A DNA stretch of 64,000 nucleotides from Nemertoderma westbladi (taxonomy: Eukaryota; Animalia; Xenacoelomorpha), in NCBI GenBank assembly GCA_032718475.1, contig JAUCBJ010006844.1, positions 39,006 through 103,005 on the forward strand, given 5' to 3'. This document shows, in pieces, positions 32,101-45,569 of the stretch. Under the pieces are notes generated by a model. That model was not told where the DNA came from and searched no databases. It worked only from the letters and a program-made list of their open reading frames with translations. How positions within the stretch are numbered: position 1 is the first letter of the stretch; the number at the start of each line of letters is the position of its first letter. Both the position numbers and the translations under genes were made by a program.

Positions 32101-35100
32101 AACAGAAAGTCCTACTTTCCCTCACTATAAAAGTTTCTTCCACTAATTTGGTAACAGAAAGTCCTACTTTCCCTCACTATAAAAGTTTCTTCCATTAATT
32201 TGGTAACAGAAAGTCCTACTTTCCCTCACTATAAAAGTTTCTTCCATTAATTTGGTAACAGAAAGTCCTACTTTCCCTCACTATAAAAGTTTCTTCCACT
32301 AATTTGGTAACAGAAAGTCCTACTTTCCCTCACTATAAAAGTTTCTTCCATTAATTTGGTAACAGAAAGTCCCACTTTCCCTCACTATAATAGTTTCTTC
32401 CATTAATTTGGTAACATAAAGTCCTACTTTCCCTCACTATAAAAGTTTCTTCCACTAATTTGGTAACAGAAAGTCCTACTTTCCCTCACTATAAAAGTTT
32501 CTTCCATTAATTTGGTAACAGAAAGTCCTACTTTCCCTCACTATAAAAGTTTCTTCCACTAATTTGGTAACAGAAAGTCCTACTTTCCCTCACTATAAAA
32601 GTTTCTTCCATTAATTTGGTAACAGAAAGTCCCACTTTCCCTCACTATAATAGTTTCTTCCACAAATTTGGTAACAGAAAGTCCTACTTTCCCTCGCTAT
32701 AAAAGTTTCTTCCATTAATTTGGCAACAGAAAGTCCTACTTTCCCTCGCTATAAAAGTTTCTTCCACTAATTTGGTAACAGAAAGTCCTACTTTCCCTCA
32801 CTATAAAAGTTTCTTCCATTAATTTGGTAACAGAAAGTCCTACTTTCCCTCACTATAAAAGTTTCTTCCACTAATTTGGTAACAGAAAGTCCTACTTTCC
32901 CTCACTATAAAAGTTTCTTCCATTAATTTGGTAACAGAAAGTCCCACTTTCCCTCACTATAATAGTTTCTTCCACTAATTTGGTAACAGAAAGTCCTACT
33001 TTCCCTCGCTATAAAAGTTTCTTCCATTAATTTGGCAACAGAAAGTCCTACTTTCCCTCGCTATAAAAGTTTCTTCCACTAATTTGGTAACAGAAAGTCC
33101 TACTTTCCCTCACTATAAAAGTTTCTTCCATTAATTTGGCAACAGAAAGTCCTACTTTCCCTCACTATAAAAGTTTCTTCCACTAATTTGGTAACAGAAA
33201 GTCCTACTTTCCCTCACTATAAAAGTTTCTTCCATTAATTTGGTAACAGAAAGTCCTACTTTCCCTCACTATAAAAGTTTCTTCCATTAATTTGGCAACA
33301 GAAAGTCCTACTTTCCCTCACTATAAAAGTTTCTTCCACTAATTTGGTAACAGAAAGTCCTACTTTCCCTCACTATAAAAGTTTCTTCCACTAATTTGGT
33401 AACAGAAAGTCCCACTTTCCCTCACTATAAAAGTTTCTTCCACTAATTTGGTAACAGAAAGTCCTACTTTCCCTCACTATAAAAGTTTCTTCCATTAATT
33501 TGGCAACAGAAAGTCCTACTTTCCCTCACTATAAAAGTTTCTTCCACTAATTTGGTAACAGAAAGTCCTACTTTCCCTCACTATAAAAGTTTCTTCCACT
33601 AATTTGGTAACAGAAAGTCCCACTTTCCCTCACTATAAAAGTTTCTTCCACTAATTTGGTAACAGAAAGTCCTACTTTCCCTCACTATAAAAGTTTCTTC
33701 CATTAATTTGGTAACAGAAAGTCCCACTTTCCCTCGCTATAAAAGTTTCTTCCACTAATTTGGTAACAGAAAGTCCTACTTTCCCTCACTATAAAAGTTT
33801 CTTCCATTAATTTGGCAACAGAAAGTCCTACTTTCCCTCACTATAAAAGTTTCTTCCACTAATTTGGTAACAGAAAGTCCCACTTTCCCTCACTATAAAA
33901 GTTTCTTCCACTAATTTGGTAACAGAAAGTCCTACTTTCCCTCACTATAAAAGTTTCTTCCATTAATTTGGCAACAGAAAGTCCTACTTTCCCTCACTAT
34001 AAAAGTTTCTTCCACTAATTTGGTAACAGAAAGTCCTACTTTCCCTCACTATAAAAGTTTCTTCCATTAATTTGGTAACAGAAAGTCCCACTTTCCCTCG
34101 CTATAAAAGTTTCTTCCACTAATTTGGTAACAGAAAGTCCTACTTTCCCTCACTATAAAAGTTTCTTCCATTAATTTGGCAACAGAAAGTCCTACTTTCC
34201 CTCACTATAAAAGTTTCTTCCACTAATTTGGTAACAGAAAGTCCCACTTTCCCTCACTATAAAAGTTTCTTCCACTAATTTGGTAACAGAAAGTCCTACT
34301 TTCCCTCACTATAAAAGTTTCTTCCATTAATTTGGCAACAGAAAGTCCTACTTTCCCTCACTATAAAAGTTTCTTCCACTAATTTGGTAACAGAAAGTCC
34401 TACTTTCCCTCACTATAAAAGTTTCTTCCATTAATTTGGTAACAGAAAGTCCCACTTTCCCTCGCTATAAAAGTTTCTTCCACTAATTTGGTAACAGAAA
34501 GTCCTACTTTCCCTCACTATAAAAGTTTCTTCCATTAATTTGGCAACAGAAAGTCCTACTTTCCCTCACTATAAAAGTTTCTTCCACTAATTTGGTAACA
34601 GAAAGTCCTACTTTCCCTCACTATAAAAGTTTCTTCCACTAATTTGGTAACAGAAAGTCCTACTTTCCCTCACTATAAAAGTTTCTTCCACTAATTTAGT
34701 AACAGAAAGCCCTACTTTACCTCGCTATAAAAGTTTCTTCCACTAATTTGGCAACAGAAAGTCCTACTTTCCCTCACTATAAAAGTTTCTTCCACTAATT
34801 TAGTAACAGAAAGTCCTACTTTTCCTCACTATAAAAGTTTCTTCCACTAATTTAGTAACAGAAAGTCCTACTTTCCCTCGCTATAAAAGTTTCTTCCACT
34901 AATTTGGCAACAGAAAGTCCTACTTTCCCTCACTATAAAAGTTTCTTCCACTAATTTTGTAACAGAAAGTCCTACTTTCCCTCGCTATAAAAGTTTCTTC
35001 CACTAATTTAGTAACAGAAAGTCCTACTTTCCCTCGCTATAAAAGTTTCTTCCACTAATTTGGCAACAGAAAGTCCTACTTTCCCTCACTATAAAAGTTT

Positions 35101-38100
35101 CTTCCACTAATTTAGTAACAGAAAGTCCTACTTTCCCTCGCTATAAAAGTTTCTTCCACTAATTTGGCAACAGAAAGTCCTACTTTCCCTCACTATAAAA
35201 GTTTCTTCCACTAATTTGGCAACAGAAAGTCCTACTTTCCCTCACTATAAAAGTTTCTTCCACTAATTTAGTAACAGAAAGTCCTACTTTCCCTCGCTAT
35301 AAAAGTTTCTTCCACTAATTTGGCAACAGAAAGTCCTACTTTCCCTCACTATAAAAGTTTCTTCCACTAATTTAGTAACAGAAAGTCCTACTTTCCCTCG
35401 CTATAAAAGTTTCTTCCACTAATTTGGCAACAGAAAGTCCTACTTTCCCTCACTATAAAAGTTTCTTCCACTAATTTGGCAACAGAAAGTCCTACTTTCC
35501 CTCGCTATAAAAGTTTCTTCCACTAATTTGGCAACAGAAAGTCCTACTTTCCCTCACTATAAAAGTTTCTTCCACTAATTTAGTAACAGAAAGTCCTACT
35601 TTCCCTCGCTATAAAAGTTTCTTCCACTAATTTGGCAACAGAAAGTCCTACTTTCCCTCACTATAAAAGTTTCTTCCACTAATTTGGCAACAGAAAGTCC
35701 TACTTTCCCTCACTATAAAAGTTTCTTCCATTAATTTGGTAACAGAAAGTCCTACTTTCCCTCGCTATAAAAGTTTCTTCCATTAATTTGGCAACAAAAA
35801 GTCCCACTTTCCCTCACTATAAAAGTTTCTTCCACTAATTTAGTAACAGAAAGTCCTACTTTCCCTCGCTATAAAAGTTTCTTCCACTAATTTGGTAACA
35901 GAAAGTCCTACTTTCCCTCACTATAAAAGTTTCTTCCATTAATTTGGTAACAGAAAGTCCTACTTTCCCTCGCTATAAAAGTTTCTTCCACTAATTTGGT
36001 AACAGAAAGTCCTACTTTCCCTCACTATAAAAGTTTCTTCCATTAATTTGGTAACAGAAAGTCCTACTTTCCCTCACTATAAAAGTTTCTTCCACTAATT
36101 TGGTAACAGAAAGTCCTACTTTCCCTCACTATAAAAGTTTCTTCCATTAATTTGGTAACAGAAAGTCCCACTTTCCCTCACTATAATAGTTTCTTCCACT
36201 AATTTGGTAACAGAAAGTCCTACTTTCCCTCGCTATAAAAGTTTCTTCCATTAATTTGGCAACAGAAAGTCCTACTTTCCCTCGCTATAAAAGTTTCTTC
36301 CACTAATTTGGTAACAGAAAGTCCTACTTTCCCTCACTATAAAAGTTTCTTCCATTAATTTGGCAACAGAAAGTCCTACTTTCCCTCACTATAAAAGTTT
36401 CTTCCACTAATTTGGTAACAGAAAGTCCTACTTTCCCTCACTATAAAAGTTTCTTCCATTAATTTGGTAACAGAAAGTCCTACTTTCCCTCACTATAAAA
36501 GTTTCTTCCATTAATTTGGCAACAGAAAGTCCTACTTTCCCTCACTATAAAAGTTTCTTCCACTAATTTGGTAACAGAAAGTCCTACTTTCCCTCACTAT
36601 AAAAGTTTCTTCCACTAATTTGGTAACAGAAAGTCCCACTTTCCCTCACTATAAAAGTTTCTTCCACTAATTTGGTAACAGAAAGTCCTACTTTCCCTCA
36701 CTATAAAAGTTTCTTCCATTAATTTGGCAACAGAAAGTCCTACTTTCCCTCACTATAAAAGTTTCTTCCACTAATTTGGTAACAGAAAGTCCTACTTTCC
36801 CTCACTATAAAAGTTTCTTCCACTAATTTGGTAACAGAAAGTCCCACTTTCCCTCACTATAAAAGTTTCTTCCACTAATTTGGTAACAGAAAGTCCTACT
36901 TTCCCTCACTATAAAAGTTTCTTCCATTAATTTGGTAACAGAAAGTCCCACTTTCCCTCGCTATAAAAGTTTCTTCCACTAATTTGGTAACAGAAAGTCC
37001 TACTTTCCCTCACTATAAAAGTTTCTTCCATTAATTTGGCAACAGAAAGTCCCACTTTCCCTCACTATAAAAGTTTCTTCCACTAATTTGGTAACAGAAA
37101 GTCCTACTTTCCCTCACTATAAAAGTTTCTTCCATTAATTTGGCAACAGAAAGTCCCACTTTCCCTCACTATAAAAGTTTCTTCCACTAATTTGGTAACA
37201 GAAAGTCCTACTTACTTTCCCTCACTATAAAAGTTTCTTCCACTAATTTGGTAACAGAAAGTCCTACTTTCCCTCACTATAAAAGTTTCTTCCACTAATT
37301 TTGTAACAGAAAGTCCTACTTTCCCTCACTATAAAAGTTTCTTCCACTAATTTAGTAACAGAAAGTCCTACTTTCCCTCACTATAAAAGTTTCTTCCACT
37401 AATTTGGTAACAGAAAGTCCTACTTTCCCTCACTATAAAAGTTTCTTCCACTAATTTGGTAACAGAAAGTCCTACTTTCCCTCGCTATAAAAGTTTCTTC
37501 CACTAATTTGGTAACAGAAAGTCCTACTTTCCCTCGCTATAAAAGTTTCTTCCACTAATTTGGTAACAGAAAGTCCTACTTTCCCTCACTATAAAAGTTT
37601 CTTCCACTAATTTGGTAACAGAAAGTCCTTCTTTCCCTCGCTATAAAAGTTTCTTCCACTAATTTGGCAACAGAAAGTCTTACTTTCCCTCACTATAAAA
37701 GTTTTTTCCACTAATTTGGTAACAGAAAGTCCTACTTTCCCTCACTATAAAAGTTTCTTCCACTAATTTGGTAACAGAAAGTCCTACTTTCCCTCACTAT
37801 AAAAGTTTCTTCCACTAATTTGGTAACAGAAAGTCCTACTTTCCCTCACTATAAAAGTTTCTTCCACTAATTTGGTAACAGAAAGTCCTACTTTCCCTCG
37901 CTATAAAAGTTTCTTCCACTAATTTGGTAACAGAAAGTCCTACTTTCCCTCGCTATAAAAGTTTCTTCCACTAATTTGGTAACAGAAAGTCCTACTTTCC
38001 CTCACTATAAAAGTTTCTTCCACTAATTTGGTAACAGAAAGTCCTACTTTCCCTCACTATAAAAGTTTCTTCCACTAATTTGGTAACAGAAAGTCCCACT

Positions 38101-41050
38101 TTCCCTCACTATAAAAGTTTCTTCCACTAATTTGGTAACAGAAAGTCCTAATTTCCCTCACTATAAAAGTTTCTTCCACTAATTTGGTAACAGAAAGTCC
38201 TACTTTCCCTCGCTATAAAAGTTTCTTCCACTAATTTGGTAACAGAAAGTCCTACTTTCCCTCGCTATAAAAGTTTCTTCCACTAATTTGGTAACAGAAA
38301 GTCCTACTTTCCCTCACTATAAAAGTTTCTTCCAATAATTTGGTAACAGAAAGTCCTACTTTCCCTCACTATAAAAGTTTCTTCCACTAATTTGGTAACA
38401 GAAAGTCCTACTTTCCCTCACTATAAAAGTTTCTTCCACTAATTTGGTAACAGAAAGTCCTACTTTCCCTCGCTATAAAAGTTTCTTCCACTAATTTGGT
38501 AACAGAAAGTCCCACTTTCCCTCACTATAAAAGTTTCTTCCACTAATTTGGTAACAGAAAGTCCTACTTTCCCCTCACTATAAAAGTTTCTTCCACTAAT
38601 TTGGTAACAGAAAGTCCTACTTTCCCTCGCTATAAAAGTTTCTTCCACTAATTTGGTAACAGAAAGTCCTACTTTCCCTCGCTATAAAAGTTTCTTCCAC
38701 TAATTTGGTAACAGAAAGTCCTACTTTCCCTCACTATAAAAGTTTCTTCCAATAATTTGGTAACAGAAAGTCCTACTTTCCCTCACTATAAAAGTTTCTT
38801 CCACTAATTTGGTAACAGAAAGTCCTACTTTCCCTCGCTATAAAAGTTTCTTCCACTAATTTGGTAACAGAAAGTTCTACTTTCCCTTACTATAAAAGTT
38901 TCTTCCACTAATTTGGTGACAGAAAGTCCTACTTTCCCTCACTATAAAAGTTTCTTCCACTAATTTTGTAACAGAAAGTCCTACTTTCCCTCACTATAAA
39001 AGTTTCTTCCACTAATTTAGTAACAGAAAGTCCTACTTTCCCTCACTATAAAAGTTTCTTCCACTAATTTGGTAACAAAAAGTCCTACTTTCCCTCACTA
39101 TAAAAGTTTCTTCCATTAATTTGGTAACAGAAAGTCCTACTTTCCCTCGCTATAAAAGTTTCTTCCACTAATTTAGTAACAGAAAGTCCTACTTTCCCTC
39201 ACTATAAAAGTTTCTTCCACTAATTTGGTAACAAAAAGTCCTACTTTCCCTCACTATAAAAGTTTCTTCCACTAATTTAGTAACAGAAAGTCCTACTTTC
39301 CCTCGCTATAAAAGTTTCTTCCACTAATTTAGTAACAGAAAGTCCTACTTTCCCTCACTATAAAAGTTTCTTCCACTAATTTGGCAACAGAAAGTCCTAC
39401 TTTCCCTCACTATAAAAGTTTCTTCCACTAATTTGGCAACAGAAAGTCCTACTTTCCCTCACTATAAAAGTTTCTTCCACTAATTTGGTAACAGAAAGTC
39501 CTACTTTCCCTCGCTATAAAAGTTTCTTCCACTAATTTAGTAACAGAAAGTCCTACTTTCCCTCACTATAAAAGTTTCTTCCACTAATTTGGCAACAGAA
39601 AGTCCTACTTTCCCTCACTATAAAAGTTTCTTCCACTAATTTGGTAACAGAAAGTCCTACTTTCCCTCGCTATAAAAGTTTCTTCCACTAATTTGGTAAC
39701 AGAAAGTCCTACTTTCCCTCACTATAAAAGTTTCTTCCACTAATTTAGTAACAGAAAGTCCTACTTTCCCTCGCTATAAAAGTTTCTTCCACTAATTTAG
39801 TAACAGAAAGTCTTACTTTCCCTCACTATAAAAGTTTCTTCCACTAATTTGGCAACAGAAAGTCCTACTTTCCCTCACTATAAAAGTTTCTTCCACTAAT
39901 TTGGTAACAGAAAGTCCTACTTTCCCTCGCTATAAAAGTTTCTTCCACTAATTTTGTAACAGAAAGTCCTACTTTCCCTCACTATAAAAGTTTCTTCCAC
40001 TAATTTGGTAACATAAAGTCTTACTTTCCCTCACTATAATAGTTTCTTCCACTAATTTGGTAACGGAAAGTCCTACTTTCCCTTACTATAAAAGTTTCTA
40101 CCACTAATTTGGTGACAGAAAGTCCTACTTTCCCTCACTATAAAAGTTTCTTCCACTAATTTGGTAACAGAAAGTCCTACTTTCCCTCGCTATAAAAGTT
40201 TCTTCCACTAATTTGGCAACAGAAAGTCCTACTTTCCCTCACTATAAAAGTTTCTTCCACTAATTTGGTAACAGAAAGTCCTACTTTCCCTCACTATAAA
40301 AGTTTCTTCCATTAATTTGGCAACAAAAAGTCCCACTTTCCCTCACTATAAAAGTTTCTTCCACTAATTTGGTAACAGAAAGTCTTACTTTCCCTCACTA
40401 TAAAAGTTTCTTCCATTAATTTGGCAACAAAAAGTCCCACTTTCCCTCACTATAAAAGTTTCTTCCACTAATTTGGTAACAGAAAGTCTTACTTTCCCTC
40501 ACTATAAAAGTTTCTTCCATTAATTTGGCAACAAAAAGTCCCACTTTCCCTCACTATAAAAGTTTCTTCCACTAATTTGGTAACAGAAAGTCCTACTTTC
40601 CCTCACTATAAAAGTTTCTTCCATTAATTTGGCAACAAAAAGTCCCACTTTCCCTCACTATAAAAGTTTCTTCCACTAATTTGGTAACAGAAAGTCCTAC
40701 TTTCCCTCACTATAAAAGTTTCTTCCACTAATTTGGTAACAGAAAGTCCTACTTTCCCTCGCTATAAAAGTTTCTTCCACTAATTTGGTAACAGAAAGTC
40801 CTACTTTCCCTCGCTATAAAAGTTTCTTCCACTAATTTGGTAACAGAAAGTCCCACTTTCCCTCACTATAAAAGTTTCTTCCACTAATTTGGTAACAGAA
40901 AGTCCTACTTTCCCTCGCTATAAAAGTTTCTTCCACTAATTTGGCAACAGAAAGTCCTACTTTCCCTCACTATAAAAGTTTCTTCCACTAATTTGGTAAC
41001 AGAAAGTCTTACTTTCCCTCACTATAAAAGTTTCTTCCATCTTCCATTAA
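26136..41050. repeat. Satellite/minisatellite array, 52-bp monomer, about 286 copies
   Basis: Consensus TTTCCCTCACTATAAAAGTTTCTTCCACTAATTTGGTAACAGAAAGTCCTAC. Phase recurs every 780 bp (15 x 52). Very homogeneous, with rare indels (~37211, ~38571). Confidence 0.98.
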
Positions 41051-41303
41051 ATTTTTTTTATAAGCGTTTTAAAAAATGCCTTTTACGAAATGGCACCCTC
41101 AGTATCGTGGCCATTCAGTCGTAATTTTTTCATATCAATAAAAAGCTGGCGTTACATGGATTCCAAATATATAACAATATCTGAATTTCGTTGAGAAACA
41201 GTTGAGATATAGGCGTTCAATTATTGTAAGAATTATTTTCTGAAAATTTTCGGGTTTAATGCAACCCTTCAATGTTGTTCTAAAATCTCGACTAATTGTA
41301 TCA

Positions 41304-41585
41304 CCTGGAAAACTATGGGAAACGGGCATTCTCCATCGCTGCTCCTACAGTATGGAACACTCTACCCCTCAACTTTCGGCGTTCGCAAACATTAAATGCC
41401 TTCAAGACGGGACTCAAAACACATCTTTTTAAACAGGAATATGTCATCTAACTCACAGAGAACATCTCTTTTTAACTCTTTCCTTTTTTAGCGTTGTCTT
41501 TGTTTTTAATTCAGTAAATTTTATATTGAGATATTTTTTATAGCGCCTTGAAATAGAAAAGAGCGCCCAGAAAGGCGCTCTATAA

Positions 41586-41617
<32 letters not shown>
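41304..41617 (+). mobile_element. 3' end of an L2/CR1-group LINE with terminal stem-loop and (ATT)n tail
   Basis: YGKRAFSIAAPTVWNTLP...FKTGLKTHLF C-terminus, then GAGCGCC-CAGAAA-GGCGCTC hairpin followed by TATAAAT(TAT)n. Confidence 0.8.
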
Positions 41618-42402
41618 GAGGCCCATTAGATCAACCACCGAATATACATAATATGAATAATATTCGGAAAATAGTATTTCAAAATGATAATAAATTTTGT
41701 TAATATTAATTAGTTCGGAAATGCAATGCTGATGGATATGATAAATGAGTACAATATTGGTGATATTTGATTAACTTTACAACATTCCTATAAATGGGCA
41801 ATTCTAGAGAAGTGAAGACGGATCTACTTTTCTGGCAACCACCACGTCAACACGTAGATGTCCCTGTGGACGACTGGCTACTACTACTACTACTAGGTCG
41901 AACGAACTCAGACAGTGGAAATGAGATCCTTCCAGGCTTCCCGATTCTCCATAGTTGTCGCAATTTCGTTTCTCCTAAGTTCAGTATCCCTTTCAAGTTG
42001 ATCTATATATGTTATGGCCGGTCGTCCACGACTACGCTTTCCATGAGTTGGTTGCCAGAAAAGTAGATCTGGTATGACCTCGTCTTTACTTCACCAGCAG
42101 TGCCCACTGAATCTTAATCTGCGTTCACGGAGGGTGGTTGATACAGGTGGTATTGTACCATAAAGCTCGGCGTTTGTCATGTGTTGTCTCCAGCTGATGT
42201 TTAGGGCTGCCCTTAGTAATCTTGTGTAGCAACCATCAATTCGTTGTTCAAGTGATTTAGTCAGTGTCCAGGTCTCACCCCCATATAAAAATACACTTTC
42301 CACTGTGGCTCGAAAGAACTTAGTCTACAGGTGCCTGGAGAGATCTGATTTCCAGATGGTATCCATTTTTGATAGAGCTACCCAAGCCTTTGCTTTCCTA
42401 AC

Positions 42403-43791
42403 TTATATGTCCTTTTTGCTACTCTCTATCCATGATCCAAGGTACTGGAAGTCATCGACCTTCCTTAGTTGATTGTTATCAATGGTTGTCAAGTTTCCAT
42501 CGACATTAAAGGTCATGAATTCGGTCTTTGTAGCATTTATATGCAATCCAACCTCCTTAGCAGCCCTCTCCACTTTATTTAGTAGAAGCTGTGCATCTGC
42601 TAGGGTATTAGAGAGCAGGGCGATGTCATCCGCAAAGTCGGTGTCTGTGACTGTAGTTGCCGGATATCTACTACTTCTGCGTTCTTGAAGTGTGAATCCC
42701 AGGTCTTCACCCTTTGTGGCCGTCCTCATTGCGTAATCCAGCACAATTACAAATAGTAATGGTGCTAATGTGTCACCTTGCAGTACGCCAGCCAGGATTG
42801 AGAAAAACTCAGTTTCACCATCTGGTGAGAGTACCTGCGCTTCTGTGTCACAATATAACAATCCAATGCCAGCAACAATTACTTCTGGTATTCCATAAGC
42901 TCTTAGGATTTCAAGCATTTTACCTCTATGGATGGAGTCGAATGCCTTCTTGAAGTCCACAAAAGTCATGACAGCGGGGAGATTCTTTGACTTAATTCCT
43001 TCAATCAGTCTCCGTAGTGCAAGTATCTGAGCTATTGTTGATCTACTTGGTCGAAATCCGTTTTGGCTCTTACGCAGTAGTTTCTCTATGTGAGGCCTAA
43101 TCCTATATAGAATCATTTTATTGTATATTTTGGCAGCTACCACAAGCAGACAGATCCCACGATAGTTTGTTGGTATGCCGAGGTCTCCTTTCTTGGGGAG
43201 AGGCTTTAGTTGACCTTTAGTCCAAATTGGTGGTGGCTTTTCCCCTTTTAACATCCGGTTGCAAACATTCAATAATGGTCTGTTTAGCACTCCGGTTTTC
43301 CATACCTCCGCTGGGATTTCATCTAATCCACTCGCTTTATTATTGGACATGCTTTTAATGCTTCTTTGGAGTTCGGCAGGTGTGAAGTCCCCTGTTTCTA
43401 TAGGTAGTGTCTTGTCATATATTTTCCTTGTGGGGCTGACCTCGATGTTTGGTGGCTGCCCAAGCAAGTTGCTGAAGTGATTTTTCCACTTCCCAACACT
43501 TTTTTCAGGACTATCGGTTTTGAGGCGCCCCTTTGCACAACTTTTCCGACCAGATACCTCATTTACAGTTTGCCAGGTAAGTCTTGATTGTTGCTGTATG
43601 TGAGCAGTTGTAATTGCTTCAGTTTTATCCTGTATGTACTTTTCCTGGCTGATGTTGTAGGCCAATTTAAGATCGTCCTTAGCTTTCTCAACCTTGTTAA
43701 TGTTTTCGGTTGTTGGTTGTTTGGTTTTAACTTTGTAGGCTATCTTAAGATCTTCTCTCTTACAAGTAACCTCAGAGTTTTGCCATGGCAC
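42403..43791 (-). pseudogene. RTE reverse transcriptase domain
   Basis: KASGLDEIPAE, NYRGI, QNGFR, DFKKAFDSI, GVLQGDTLAP, DFADD, FQYLGS. Confidence 0.92.
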
Positions 43792-43833
43792 ATATTGTTT
43801 TCGTTTGGGTTTCTGGGGGATATGCCTCTTAGC

Positions 43834-44719
43834 TTATTCCTTGTGGGCTGTTATTATATTCTGGTATATTGAATTGGTGGATTGGTCTTCATCCATTGAC
43901 TGAAGTGCTTCAAAGCGGTTTTGAACTTCTACTGTATAAGCATCCTTTATAGCATTGTCAGTTCTGAGTTTTTCCCAGTCATATTTGATTTGCTTGCTTG
44001 TCCTGGGTTTGCTGGCTCTCAAACTGAGTCTGATCTCTGCAGTCACAATTCTGTGGTCCGAACCAATTAGGTTGAACGAGCTGTATGCCTCGCAGTTGAT
44101 CATGCTGTTTCTCCACTTTTTGTTTATGAGGATGTAATCCAGTTGTGCTTTGGTTCCATTAGGGTATTGAAAGGTCCATAGCTTCCCCTTACTCTTTTCG
44201 AATGTGTTGTTTGTTGGTATCAATTCACATTCTTCCATTAGGTCTAAAAGTAAGTACCCATTTCTGTTAGAACTGGTGTTATAGGTGTAACCCTTGATGT
44301 CTTCTGGGCCAATTTGGGCAATCAATGAATTTAACATTGTGTTTCGGAATGTCCTTTATAAGTCCAGTCAGTTCTTCATAAAACTTGACTGCTTGTTCTG
44401 GCTCTGAGGCATTGGTTGGACTGTAGCAACATATAACTGTTGCCTTGGGATTCCCATCAAATGTTGCGATCATAACCCTGGAATTTATAGATTTGTTGTT
44501 TAGAGATTTGTAGTTGTTTAGGGTCTTAAGTGCAAATGGGCTTAGCAGAATTCCTACTCCACCAATTGATGCATTGGCCGAGTTTCTTACTGCTGAGCTT
44601 GTTACTAACGTCCATCCATTTCCAATGTCATTGTACTTCATGGCAGTGTCTTCATGACAAATCCGATGTTCTTGGATGCAGATGATGTCGATGTTATATT
44701 CCATTGCCAGAGCGACCAT
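43834..44719 (-). pseudogene. RTE apurinic-like endonuclease domain (two frames)
   Basis: CIQEHR, GGVGIL, YSPTNAS, NRNG, QLDYIL, SDHRIV. Confidence 0.9.
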
Positions 44720-45569
44720 GTCACCCTGTTTGGATCTACTTTTCTGGCAAACACCACGTCAACACGTAGATGTCCCTGTGGACGACTGGCTAGGATAATT
44801 AAATTTAGAGTAACATTGAATTGTATGAGTGGATAATGACAGATTGGTATATATATTATATATATATTATCTTTATAAACATATGAACACATGTCATGTT
44901 CGCAACAGTGCAGGTTTGGGCAGATTTACCAAGAATATATTAAAGTATAATATTGAAATTAATTATGATTTTGTTGCAGCATTATTTCTGATATAATTGA
45001 TATCTTTGAACAAGTTCTAAATATTACATAATCGTATAAGTATATACAAGAACTTAAAAATATATATATTCAAGAACTTAAAACCAGTCCATTGATGTAT
45101 TTATGATGGCCAGGACTACCATATGCTCTGCTGCCTATAAGTAATACTTATTAAATTATAATTTGAATGGGAGAGTAAATTGGTTCTGTTTCAAATATAA
45201 TTGAATTTTATTACTATTTGGTAAAATATCGGAGGGGGGGTGGGGGCATGTTCCTGAATTAAGGGACTTTTTCATGAGATGGTGTAAGCCAATCCCCCCC
45301 CCCCCCCCCCCCTCTTTTCTGGATGTTACCTAGATTCTTACTTCGAAGGTTTATCACTCCTTCACTATCCAACTTTTTTACTCCCCCAATATAATATCCT
45401 CAATTAAGACATTATGTATTACAGTAGTAGCACGAGAACAAAATATAGGTATATAATTTACTTGTTTCCAATCTAGTATCCCCAGCAACAAATGCGTGTT
45501 ATTAAATTAACAAAATGACGATGACGATGAGCCCTCGCGTTACTAACACGAGTACTGACCCCTAGCCGA

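Larger units (their letters stand above)
41881..44731 (-). mobile_element. RTE-clade LINE, slightly 5'-truncated and frameshifted, with (TAG)n tail and 61-bp flanking duplication
   Basis: APE (IICIQEHR, YSPTN, QLDYIL, SDHR) and RT (QNGFRP, DFKKAFDS, QGDTLAP, FADD) pieces. (CTA)n at 41878-41895. 41820-41880 repeated at 44732-44792. Confidence 0.93.

Noticed and set aside
38460-38648. Short ORF in the satellite, and the many 60-160 aa antisense ORFs over gag-pol
   Set aside because: By-products of repeat periodicity and of the opposite-strand coding sequence.
26136-41050. CRISPR-like array or phage-promoter-like CCCTCACTATA in the repeat
   Set aside because: Monomers are contiguous with no unique spacers, no cas genes, and the context is eukaryotic. 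The T7/T3 promoter resemblance is a short coincidence.
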